From an uncultured Candidatus Rokubacteria bacterium (GTDB taxonomy: Bacteria > Methylomirabilota > Methylomirabilia > Rokubacteriales > CSP1-6), in contig CAVXJS010000014.1 of assembly GCA_963762145.1 (NCBI GenBank), positions 512,001 through 576,000 of the forward strand: a stretch of DNA of 64,000 bases, read 5' to 3'. The translations under genes were made by a program, and so were the position numbers. The notes below the pieces were generated by a model that was given only the letters and a program-made list of their open reading frames with translations, did not search any database and had not been told where the DNA came from. This document shows positions 1 through 10,299 of this stretch, piece by piece (within the stretch, counting starts at the first letter, position 1; each line of letters opens with the position of its first letter).

Positions 1-31
1 CAGCGGCGGTGGCGGCGGTAACTGGCGGTAG
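1..31 (+). CDS. 3' end of a gene entering from the left, Gly-rich tail (SGGGGGNWR*); possibly an RRM RNA-binding protein
   Basis: Frame from position 2 reads AGC GGC GGT GGC GGC GGT AAC TGG CGG TAG. Only 9 codons are visible. Confidence 0.35.
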   Translation, partial: SGGGGGNWR

Positions 32-37
32 ACAATC

Positions 38-108
38 GAAGGGGGCCTCGACGGCCCCCTCCGAGCCTCCCCCAAGGCTGGGATTGCGCCGGCGAAGCCG
101 GCGCTCGA
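38..108. repeat. Double-hairpin intergenic element (REP-like) downstream of leuA
   Basis: Hairpins GGGGGCC-tcgac-GGCCCCC (41-59) and GCGCCGGC-gaa-GCCGGCGC (86-104). Single copy in this window. Confidence 0.45.
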
Positions 109-129
109 ACGAAGCTAAAAACCTAGCTC

Positions 130-1911
<1,782 letters not shown>

Positions 1912-1956
1912 CTAACTCAGTAGCAGGGCCTCGAAGCGTCTACTCACCTGCGTCAT
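1912..1956 (-). CDS. leuL: Leucine attenuator leader peptide MTQVSRRFEALLLS
   Basis: 14 codons with tandem Leu codons CTG CTA CTG (CTA is rare at this GC content). Followed by a GGCGCGCGCC hairpin and the terminator. Confidence 0.8.
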   Translation of the reverse strand: MTQVSRRFEALLLS

Positions 1957-2014
1957 GTGCCGGGAATTGTGCCCAGACCGGGGTCGATTGTCAAGCTTCC
2001 GGTAGAATGCGGGG

Positions 2015-2761
2015 GTGATCGAGGTCCACGAGGTCACGAAGCGCTTCGGCGCCACCCCGGCCCTCGACGCGGTGTCCCTGGAGGTACGCCCGGGCACTAC
2101 CCACGTCCTGCTGGGGTCCAGCGGGTCCGGCAAGTCCACCGTGCTGCGGCTCATCCTCGGGCTGATCTGGCCGGACGCGGGCTCGGTGCGCGTGGACGGC
2201 ACCCCGGTGGAGCCCGGCACGCGCGACGGCCTCCTGGCCCGGATGGGCTACGTGGTACAGGACGGCGGGCTCTATCCCCACCTGAACGCCTTCGACAACG
2301 TGGCGCTGGCCGCGGAGGCGCAGCGCTGGCCGCGCGCCCGGATCGCGGGGCGGGTGGGGGAGCTGGCCGACCTGGCCGGGCTCGACGGCGACATGCTGCG
2401 ACGCCATCCGCGCGAGCTCAGCGGGGGCCAGCGCCAGCGGGTGGGGCTGATGCGTGCCCTGGTGCTGGACCCGCCGATCCTGCTGCTCGACGAGCCGCTC
2501 GGCGCGCTGGATCCGATCGTCCGGGCGGAGCTGCAGGAGCAGCTCGGCGCACTCTTTGCCCGCCTCGCCAAGACGGTGGTGCTGGTCACCCACGACATCC
2601 GGGAGGCCGCGCGCCTCGGCCACACCATCACCCTGCTCACCGCCGGCCGTGTGGTCCAGCACGGCACCTTCGCGGACCTGGCCGAGCGCCCGGCCAGCCC
2701 GTTCGTCACCCAGTTCCTCACCGCCCAGACCCTGTCCGCGGCCGCGCGGCCGGGCGGCTGA
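2015..2761 (+). CDS. ABC transporter ATP-binding protein, osmoprotectant/quaternary-amine (OpuA/OsmV/EgtV-like) family
   Basis: Walker A GSSGSGKST, signature LSGGQRQR, LLLDEPLGALD, VTHD. Confidence 0.93.
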   Translation: MIEVHEVTKRFGATPALDAVSLEVRPGTTHVLLGSSGSGKSTVLRLILGLIWPDAGSVRVDGTPVEPGTRDGLLARMGYVVQDGGLYPHLNAFDNVALAAEAQRWPRARIAGRVGELADLAGLDGDMLRRHPRELSGGQRQRVGLMRALVLDPPILLLDEPLGALDPIVRAELQEQLGALFARLAKTVVLVTHDIREAARLGHTITLLTAGRVVQHGTFADLAERPASPFVTQFLTAQTLSAAARPGG

Positions 2762-2764
2762 CGC

Positions 2765-4270
2765 ATGCGCGCGCTCCGACGATCGATGGGGGGCGGGCTG
2801 GCGCTCGCCGCGGTGCTGTCGATCGCGGCGGGCGCGGACGCCGCGCCGGACGGGCTGATCCGCGTGGGCTCGAAGTCCTTCACCGAGAGCTACATCCTGG
2901 CCGAGATCGCGGCCCAGGTCATCGAACAGGTCGGCGAGGCGCGGGTCGAGCGTCGGGTGGGCCTGGGCGGGACCGGCCTCACCTACCGGGCCCTCGAGTC
3001 CGGCGCGATCGACCTCTATCCCGAATACACCGGCACGCTCGCGCGTGTCCTCCTGAAGGACGCCGCGCTCGAGACGCCGGAGGCCATCCGAGGGCGCCTC
3101 GTGCCAATCGGGCTCACGGTCAGCGGCTCCCTCGGCTTCGCCAACACCTACGCGCTCGCGGTCCGCGCCGACATGGCGGAGCGACTCGGGCTCCGGACCA
3201 TCGGCGACCTGGCCCGGCACCCGGAGCTGCGCGCCGCATTCAGCTCGGGCTTTCTCGAGCGCGATGACGGCTGGCCCGGTCTGCGGACGCGCTACGGCCT
3301 GACCCTGGCCCGGACGGAGGTCATGGAGCACGCGCTGACGTATCGCGCGATCGCGAGCGGCCAGGTGGACGTCATGGACGTCTTCTCCACCGACGGGCAG
3401 CTCGAGCGGTTGAAGCTGCGGCTCCTCGACGACGACCGGCGCTTCTTCCCGGACTACTCCGCGGTGCTCCTGGCCCGCCGCGAGATGATCGAGCGCTACC
3501 CGCGCACCTGGGCGCGGCTGCGCGAGGCGCTCGAGGGTCGCCTCGACGGCGCGACGATGGCGCGCCTGAACGCGATGGCGGACCTGGACGGCCGGCGCGT
3601 TTCCGAGGTGGCCGCCGCGTTCCTGGGCGCCGCCGCCCGCGACGGCGCGGGGGGCCACCGGGAGATGCTGGCCGAGCTCGCCGCGCTCACGCTGGATCAT
3701 CTGGTCCTCGTGCTGATCTCGGTGGGCGTGGCGATCGTGCTCGGCATCCCGATGGGCATCGTGGCCGCGCGCCATCGGCGGACCGGCCAGCTCGAGCTCT
3801 CCGCGATCGCGATGCTGCAGACCGTGCCCGCCCTGGCGCTGCTGATGTTCATGATCCCGCTCTTCGGCATCGGCAAGGGCCCCGCGCTCGTCGCGCTCTC
3901 GCTCTACGCGCTGCTGCCGATCGCGCGGAACACCTACGCGGGGCTGATCGCGATCGACCGCACCCTGCTCGAGATCGCGGGCGTGCTGCGGCTCGCCCCC
4001 CTGCGCCGCCTGCTCCGGATCGAGCTCCCGCTCGCCGCGATCCCGATCATGGCCGGCATCAAGACCGCCGCGGTGACCACGGTGGGCACCGCCACCCTGG
4101 CCGCGTTCATCGGCGGCGGCGGCTACGGCGCCCTGATCGTCCGCGGACTGGCGCTGGACGACACCGCCACGATCCTGGCCGGCGCCGCGCCCGCGGCGGC
4201 GATGGCCCTCGTCTTCCACGCGCTCTTCGAGCTGGCCGACCGCGCGGTGGTGCCGCGTGGTTTGCGGTGA
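2765..4270 (+). CDS. Fused substrate-binding + permease subunit of a betaine/quaternary-amine ABC importer
   Basis: N-terminal OpuAC-like domain (GSKSFTE, YPEYTGT, NTYALAV). C-terminal permease (QTVPALAL, YALLPIARNTY, IELPLA, GGGGYG). Confidence 0.92.
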   Translation: MRALRRSMGGGLALAAVLSIAAGADAAPDGLIRVGSKSFTESYILAEIAAQVIEQVGEARVERRVGLGGTGLTYRALESGAIDLYPEYTGTLARVLLKDAALETPEAIRGRLVPIGLTVSGSLGFANTYALAVRADMAERLGLRTIGDLARHPELRAAFSSGFLERDDGWPGLRTRYGLTLARTEVMEHALTYRAIASGQVDVMDVFSTDGQLERLKLRLLDDDRRFFPDYSAVLLARREMIERYPRTWARLREALEGRLDGATMARLNAMADLDGRRVSEVAAAFLGAAARDGAGGHREMLAELAALTLDHLVLVLISVGVAIVLGIPMGIVAARHRRTGQLELSAIAMLQTVPALALLMFMIPLFGIGKGPALVALSLYALLPIARNTYAGLIAIDRTLLEIAGVLRLAPLRRLLRIELPLAAIPIMAGIKTAAVTTVGTATLAAFIGGGGYGALIVRGLALDDTATILAGAAPAAAMALVFHALFELADRAVVPRGLR

Positions 4271-4438
4271 CGGGAGGAGACGGGCGGCCTTCTGGGGGTG
4301 GGTGGAGACGGGTCCCCTTCCGGCTGACACCGGGACTTCTCTTTCTAATTCGCTCGGCTCGCCTTCGGCTCACCTCGCACGGCTTCGGCCCCAGTCAGCC
4401 CGGTCTGCAGTCGACCGTTCCGAGTCGCGCGTGGGCGG

Positions 4439-5249
4439 TCAGGCGCGCGGTGGTTCTATCAGCGCGTTAAGCTGCTGGCACACCGCGAGGATTTCGGCGT
4501 GCGCGCCCGGAAACCACGCGCGGATCCACTCGGGCCGCTCGAAGAACGCGAGAGACGGCTGCCCGGCCCGGCGGATGGCCACGCGCCGCACCAGCCCGCT
4601 CGCGTTGATGAAGCTCACGTCGTCGAGCCGGCGCCCCGGCGCGGCGACGCCCGCGGTGATGGGGCAGAGCGCCGCCGCCACCGCCGCGATGGACTCGGCG
4701 ACGCCCCGCAGGCAGAAGGCGTGAGCGCGCCGGCGCGCCGCCTCGGGGAGCGCCTCGATCAGGGCCCGCATCGTGATGCCGGAGAACACGGTGTCGTCCA
4801 CCACCGCGAGCGTGGCGCAATCGGCGACGCCGTCGAGCTGGGCCGCGAGACCGCCCGCCTCGGTGCTGATCACGCGGTAGCCGCCGCGGCCGTCCTCCTC
4901 GCGGGTGAGGCCGACGCGGCGGATGCGCGGGAACCACCCCGCGCGCGCGTGCAGCGCCGCGGCCACGCGGAGCCCGGCCGTGCCGATCCCGAGGGCCAGC
5001 GCGAACGGCGCGTGGTCGCGCTGGGCCACCACGCATTCGACCTGCTCGCCGAGGGTCAGGATGCGCACGCGCTCCGCGTCGCGGGCGAGCAGCGCGAGCA
5101 GGCTCGCGGACGAGCCCGGCGGCGGGTGAGCTCGCGCCCTCGTGGCGCGCCACCTCGTCGGTCAGATCGTCGTGGACGTAGAGGACGCGCGGGGTGGGCT
5201 GCGCGTACGCGGCGCCGTCCGCGGCGGCGCTCACCGCGGCGGTGCTCAC
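4439..5249 (-). CDS. Type I phosphoribosyltransferase-fold protein with one frameshift near 5100
   Basis: PRPP-loop motif LAVVDDTVFSGITM in the 4439-5068 frame. The N-terminus VSTAAV...VLYVHDDLTDE lies in another frame, starting at GTG 5249, which overlaps the egtD stop (GTGA). Removing one base at GAG-C-CTG joins the two. Confidence 0.65.
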
Positions 5250-6220
5250 CGCGGTGCGGCGAGCGCCAGGGCGAAGTAGTTCGCGGGATCCACGTGCCAC
5301 TTCTCGAGGGCGAGGGAGGCGCCCGCCAGCATCTCCACCACCCCGTCGCGCGTGAACTTGTAGGAGTTCTCGGTCCAGATGTCCTCGCCGGGCTCGAAGC
5401 GAACGGTGAGCCCGAGGCGCCCGAGCTTCACGGTCTGGGCGCGGTCGGCCACCAGGTGCATCTCGATGCGCGAGGCCTCCTCGTTGTAGAACGCGTGGTG
5501 ACGGAAGGCCTCGGGCTCGAAGTTGCCGTCCACCGCGTGGTTGATCACGTGCAGGATGTTGCGGTTGAAGTCGCGGGTGACGCCGGCCGAGTCGTCGTAG
5601 GCCGCCTCGAGCACCTTGACGTCCTTGACCAGGTCCACGCCGAGCAGCAGCCGGTCGCCGGGGTGGCGCAGAAGCGCGCGCAGGCCGGCGAGCAGGCGCT
5701 GCCGCTCCGGCGCGTCGAGATTGCCGATGGTGCTCCCCAGGAACAGCACGAGGCGCCGTCCGGCGGGCGGCGGCACGTGGGCCAGATCGCGCTCGAAGTC
5801 CCCCACCACCGCGTGAACGGAGAGCGCCGGGTAGTCCCGGGTGAGCCGGGCGGCGGTGGCCTCGAGGGTGAGCCGGTCCACGTCCAGCGGCACGTAGCGG
5901 ATCGCCCGTCCCCGCGCGGTGGCCGCGTCCAGGATCAGGCGGGTCTTCTCGGAGGAGCCGGCCCCGATCTCGACCACGTCATCGGGAAGAATTTCCCCGA
6001 TCAACCCGGGCACTATTTCCCCCAGGAGCGCCGCCTCGGTGCGCGTCGGATAATACTCCGGCAGCTCGGTGATCCGCTCGAACAGGAGCGACCCCGCGCG
6101 GTCGTAAAAGTACTTCGGCGGCAGGGACTTCTGCCACGCGGTGAGGCCCTCGCGCACATCCGCTTCGAGACGCTCCTGGCGCGCCGATTCATCCGTATGA
6201 ATTTCTAGCCGGTAGCGCAT
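5246..6220 (-). CDS. egtD: L-histidine N-alpha-trimethyltransferase (hercynine synthase)
   Basis: Motifs KSLPPKYFYD, LPEYYPTRTE, EIGAGSSEKT, FLGSTIGN, GVDLVKD, AYDDSAGVT, RIEMHL, TENSYKF. Start at ATG 6220. Confidence 0.95.
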   Translation of the reverse strand: MRYRLEIHTDESARQERLEADVREGLTAWQKSLPPKYFYDRAGSLLFERITELPEYYPTRTEAALLGEIVPGLIGEILPDDVVEIGAGSSEKTRLILDAATARGRAIRYVPLDVDRLTLEATAARLTRDYPALSVHAVVGDFERDLAHVPPPAGRRLVLFLGSTIGNLDAPERQRLLAGLRALLRHPGDRLLLGVDLVKDVKVLEAAYDDSAGVTRDFNRNILHVINHAVDGNFEPEAFRHHAFYNEEASRIEMHLVADRAQTVKLGRLGLTVRFEPGEDIWTENSYKFTRDGVVEMLAGASLALEKWHVDPANYFALALAAPR

Positions 6221-6281
6221 GGCATCGTCCTGCTGCAAGCTAGACGCCACGAGCGGCCCCCAGGGGTCCGGAAGGAGTGAC

Positions 6282-7580
6282 ATGGTCGAGACCATAGCAG
6301 ACCGGCTGACCGATGCGTGGGCACGGACCGATCGGATCTTCGAGATCCTGGCGCCTGGAAGCTGGCTCGCCCAGCCGATCGCGCTGCGCCACCCGTTCAT
6401 CTTCTACCTGGGCCACCTGCCGGCCTTCGCCTGGAACCACGTGAGCGGCGGCGTGCTCGAGCGCCCCCCGTTCAACGCGGCCTTCGACGAGCTCTTCTCG
6501 CGCGGGATCGACCCCGACGTGGACGATCCGACCCATTGCCACGACCATCCCGAGGTGCCCGATCGCTGGCCCGCGGTGGAAGAGATCGTCGCGTACCGCG
6601 ATCGCGTCCGCGAGGCCCTGCTCGCGTCGGTGGATGCGGTGGCGGCGCGCGCGGACACGCACCTGATGGCCCGGGAGGGCCGCGTGTTCAGCATGGTGAT
6701 CGAGCACGAGCTCATGCATCAGGAGACTCTGCTGTACATGCTGCAGCGACTGTCCCTCGAGCGCAAGGTCCGTCCGGCCTGGCTGCCGCCGTACGTGCTC
6801 GGGCCCGGCCGCCCCGCCGGCCCCGTCGAGGTTCCGGCGGGCCCGGCCACCATCGGCGCCCGCTTCGACGAGCTGCCCTTCGGGTGGGACAACGAGTTCT
6901 CCACCCTCGAGGTCCACGTGCCCGCCTTCTCCGTGGACGCCACCGCGGTGACCAATCGCCAGTTCCAGGTCTTCGTCGAGGACGGGGGCTACCAGCGCGC
7001 CGACCTGTGGACCGACGAGGACTGGGTGTGGCGCGGCCACGACGCGGTCGAGCATCCGGCAGTGTGGGAGCTGGTGAACGGCGCGTGGGTCTATCGCACG
7101 CTCTTCGATCTCCTCCCGCTCGATCGGGTGGCGGACTGGCCGGTCTACGTGAGCCTCGCGGAGGCGCGGGCCTTCGCGCGCTGGCGCGGTGGCCGCCTGC
7201 CGAGCGAGGCCGAGTTCCATCGCGCGGCGTCCGCCCCCCAGAAGGGGAGCCGGCCGGAAGACGGCAATGTCGGCTTCCGCCACTGGGCTCCAACCCCCGT
7301 CGGCACGCATCCCGAGAGCGCGAGCGCGTGGGGCGTGCAGGACCTGGTCGGCGACGGCTGGGAGTGGACGGGTACCGTCTTCGCGGGCCTGCCCGGCTTT
7401 TCCACGTACATCCCGGGCTACGAAGGCTACTCGGCCGACTTCTTCGACGGCAAGCACTACGTGCTGAAGGGCGGCTCGTGGGCCACCGCCGACGCGCTGG
7501 TGCGCCCCAGCTTCCGCAACTGGTTCCAGGCCCACTACCCCTACGTGTTCGCCAAGTTCCGCTGCGTCACGGATGACTAA
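6282..7580 (+). CDS. egtB: Sulfoxide synthase (DinB-like + FGE-sulfatase domains), EgtB/OvoA family, resembling the fungal Egt1 domain
   Basis: Iron ligands LGHL and HELMHQE; motifs FGWDNE, RLPSEAE, GWEWT, DFFDGKHYVLKGGSW. SD GGAG before ATG 6282; divergent from egtD. Confidence 0.88.
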   Translation: MVETIADRLTDAWARTDRIFEILAPGSWLAQPIALRHPFIFYLGHLPAFAWNHVSGGVLERPPFNAAFDELFSRGIDPDVDDPTHCHDHPEVPDRWPAVEEIVAYRDRVREALLASVDAVAARADTHLMAREGRVFSMVIEHELMHQETLLYMLQRLSLERKVRPAWLPPYVLGPGRPAGPVEVPAGPATIGARFDELPFGWDNEFSTLEVHVPAFSVDATAVTNRQFQVFVEDGGYQRADLWTDEDWVWRGHDAVEHPAVWELVNGAWVYRTLFDLLPLDRVADWPVYVSLAEARAFARWRGGRLPSEAEFHRAASAPQKGSRPEDGNVGFRHWAPTPVGTHPESASAWGVQDLVGDGWEWTGTVFAGLPGFSTYIPGYEGYSADFFDGKHYVLKGGSWATADALVRPSFRNWFQAHYPYVFAKFRCVTDD

Positions 7581-7602
7581 CCGATCTCGAGGAGAGCGTC
7601 GC

Positions 7603-8007
7603 ATGCGGCCACGGATGTTCCTGATCGCGATCCTGCTGATGGCGGCGGGCACGAGTAGCGGGTGCGCCACCGGCGGCACCTCCACCACGGGCGGCCCCTC
7701 CATGGACTATCCCAGCCGCGGCTACGGAGGCTACTCCGGCTATGGCCTCGGCGGCTACGGGGGCTATTCCGGCTATAGCCTCGGCGGCGCCATCTACGTC
7801 AACGCGTTTCCGTACTTCGCGGACGTGAGCCTGAACGGCAAGCCGATCGGCATCGCCAATGATCTCCAGGCCTCGCTGGTCGACACCCGCGCGGGCGTGC
7901 ACGCGCTGACCGTGACCGCGCCGGGCTACGAGCCGGCGACCGTGTACGTGCGCGTCGTGCGGGACTGGACGACGCGGGTGCGGCTGACCCTGATCCCGGC
8001 GCGCTAG
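7603..8007 (+). CDS. Exported (probable lipoprotein) PEGA-domain protein with a Gly/Tyr-rich repeat
   Basis: Signal peptide ending SSGC; PEGA-like ADVSLNGKPIG...GVHALTVTAPGYE. Confidence 0.75.
   Translation: MRPRMFLIAILLMAAGTSSGCATGGTSTTGGPSMDYPSRGYGGYSGYGLGGYGGYSGYSLGGAIYVNAFPYFADVSLNGKPIGIANDLQASLVDTRAGVHALTVTAPGYEPATVYVRVVRDWTTRVRLTLIPAR
7720..7785 (+). repeat. Imperfect 33-nt in-frame tandem duplication (GYGGYSGYGLG / GYGGYSGYSLG)
   Basis: 7720-7752 and 7753-7785 differ at 3 positions. Confidence 0.85.
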
Positions 8008-8026
8008 CCGGCGCGGCGCGCCCCGC

Positions 8027-10237
8027 CTATCCGGCGGGCTCCACGTCCACGAAGCAGGAGTTGAACGGCGTAGCCCCCGCGGGTGACGAGCGGTCGTCGG
8101 TCAGGAGGTTCGAGCAGCCGCGCGTGTCCTGCCCGTCCGCGTCGAGGGCGAACCACGCGCCTTCCTTGATGGAGACGGCGCCCGGCGCCACCCGGTCGGT
8201 GACTCGCGCCGGGATCAGGGTGCGGCCGCGCCCGTTGAACACGCGCACGCGCTGCCCGTCCACGATGCCGCGGGCGGCGGCGTCGGCCGGGTGGATCCAC
8301 ACGTCGTCGCGGTCGGCGCGCGAGAGGATCGCCTGGTTGTCGTGGATCGAGTGGGTGCGCGCGCGCGACTTGGGCGTCACGAGCCGCAGGGGGTGGCGCG
8401 GATCCACCACCTCCGGGATCCAGGTTGGGATCGGCGGGATGGAGCCGAGGCCGTAGGGATCCGGCTTGGCGGCCAGGCTCATCGAGTAGATCTCGATCTT
8501 GCCCGACGGGGTCGTGAACCGGTACCGATCCGGGTCGCGGATCTCGTTCGCGAAGGCCACCGCGTCGTCGGGGGCAGGCAGCCGCGCGAGGCCCTTGGCC
8601 CGGAAGGTCTCGTAGTCGTCGATGGTGTCCTTCGTCAGCTCGCGAAGCCACTCGTCTTCCGTCTTGTCGTTGTAGCCCTTGATCCCGAGGCGCTCGGCCA
8701 GGGCCGCGCAGATGTCCAGATCGTTGCGGCACTCGCCCACCGGCTCGATCGCCTGCTGCATGAAGATCGCGTAGTGGCCGGCGCCCGCCCACGGGGTGTG
8801 GACGTCGTTGCGCTCCCAGAAGGTGGTGGCGGGCAGCACGATGTCGGCGTAGCGCGCGGTGGGGGTGATGAAGTGATCCTGGACCACCACGAAGTCGAGC
8901 CGCTCGACCCCGGCGATGATTCGCCGGACGTTCGGGAGCTGGTTGAAGAGATCGCCCGCGCAGGAGTAGATCATCTTCACGTCGGCGGGGTAGCCGCCCG
9001 CCTTGCCGCGCTCCAGCAGATCGGCCAGCAGCGGCGAGGAGACGCGCCCGTCGATCGGGTTCTCGCCGGTGGGGAGCGCCTGGATCCCACCGCGCCCGGT
9101 GGCGCCGTTGCTGGTGCCCGCGTTTCCGCCCGGGATGCCCACGTTGCCGGTCATCGCGCAGAGCGCGTAGGCCGCGCGGTGGAACTGCTCGCCGTGCAGC
9201 GTGCGGCCGGGCGCGTAGCCGGTCTGGAGCGCGGCGGGCTTGGCGGTCGCGTACTCGATCGCGAGGGCGCGCAGGGTCTCCGCGGGCACGCCGGTGATCG
9301 CGGCCGCCCACTCCGGGGTCTTGGGCACGCCGTCGGCCTCGCCGAGGAGATAGCTGCGGTACGAGGCGCCCGCGGGAGCCCCGGGCGGCAGGTGCGCCTC
9401 GTCGACGCCCAGCACGTGCCGGTCGAGATAGGCCTGGTCGTGCAGCCCCTCGGTGAGGATCACGTGGGCCATCGCGATCAAGGCGGCGGTGTCGGTCGCG
9501 GGGTTGATGAAGACGTGCTGGTCCGCGAGCTCCCAGCTCGTTCGGGTGCGCCGCGGGTCCACGCAGATGATCTTCACGCCGCGCTGCTTGGCGCGCTTCA
9601 GGTACTGGAGCGTGCCGGTACCGAAGGTGCCGTCGGCCGGGCTCCAGCCCCACATGACGATGAGCCGCGAGTTCTCGTAGTCGGTGGGCTCGCGGCCCGC
9701 GCTCTTGTAGTCGGCCTTGGCCCCGTAGGTCTGGCGCACCGCGAAGACCTCGGCCTCCGCCGAGATGTTGGTCCACAGCTCGGTGCAGCCCCCGAACATG
9801 TAGAGCAGGCGCTTGACGGTGGAACGGCTGTGCAGCATCGAGAGGCTGCCGGTGCGCGAGCAGTCGAGGATGGCGGCCGGCCCGTGCGCCTCGCGGATGC
9901 GGAGCATCTGCCGCGCCACCTCGTCGAGCGCCTCGTCCCAGCCGATGCGCTCGAACTGTCCGGCGCCGCGCGGGCCCACCCGCCGCATCGGGTGGAGCAG
10001 CCGGTCGGGGTGATTCAGCCGCTCGAGCTGGCCGAAGCCGCGCACGCAGGCGTGGAGCGGCGCCTCCTCCGGGGTCCACTTGCGCGGATCGGTGCTGATC
10101 TTGAAGATCTGCCCGTCGCGCACGTGGGCGTTGACCACGCAGCGGCCGCCGCAGTTGTGGCCGCAGGTGCTCGTGACGATGGTCTCGCCCGGCGCGGCGG
10201 CCGGCCGGGGCGCTTCATAGCGGATGGCTTTGGGCAT
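8027..10237 (-). CDS. DMSO-reductase-family Mo-bisPGD oxidoreductase (DmsA-like, no Tat signal)
   Basis: Fe-S motif CGHNCGGRC...C; HPDRLLHPM, ERIGWDEAL, TARYADIVLPA, TPSGKIEI; probable Ser ligand in TNIS. Confidence 0.93.
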   Translation of the reverse strand: MPKAIRYEAPRPAAAPGETIVTSTCGHNCGGRCVVNAHVRDGQIFKISTDPRKWTPEEAPLHACVRGFGQLERLNHPDRLLHPMRRVGPRGAGQFERIGWDEALDEVARQMLRIREAHGPAAILDCSRTGSLSMLHSRSTVKRLLYMFGGCTELWTNISAEAEVFAVRQTYGAKADYKSAGREPTDYENSRLIVMWGWSPADGTFGTGTLQYLKRAKQRGVKIICVDPRRTRTSWELADQHVFINPATDTAALIAMAHVILTEGLHDQAYLDRHVLGVDEAHLPPGAPAGASYRSYLLGEADGVPKTPEWAAAITGVPAETLRALAIEYATAKPAALQTGYAPGRTLHGEQFHRAAYALCAMTGNVGIPGGNAGTSNGATGRGGIQALPTGENPIDGRVSSPLLADLLERGKAGGYPADVKMIYSCAGDLFNQLPNVRRIIAGVERLDFVVVQDHFITPTARYADIVLPATTFWERNDVHTPWAGAGHYAIFMQQAIEPVGECRNDLDICAALAERLGIKGYNDKTEDEWLRELTKDTIDDYETFRAKGLARLPAPDDAVAFANEIRDPDRYRFTTPSGKIEIYSMSLAAKPDPYGLGSIPPIPTWIPEVVDPRHPLRLVTPKSRARTHSIHDNQAILSRADRDDVWIHPADAAARGIVDGQRVRVFNGRGRTLIPARVTDRVAPGAVSIKEGAWFALDADGQDTRGCSNLLTDDRSSPAGATPFNSCFVDVEPAG

Positions 10238-10299
10238 GGGGGTTCCCGAGAGATTACCGCCGGGCGGGGCAAAAGGCCAGTCTGCTAGACTCGGGCGCC

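Noticed and set aside
5246-7580. Selenoneine (senABC) or ovothiol (ovoA) cluster
   Set aside because: No SenB glycosyltransferase or SelD/SenC in the window, and the sulfoxide synthase lacks OvoA's C-terminal methyltransferase domain.
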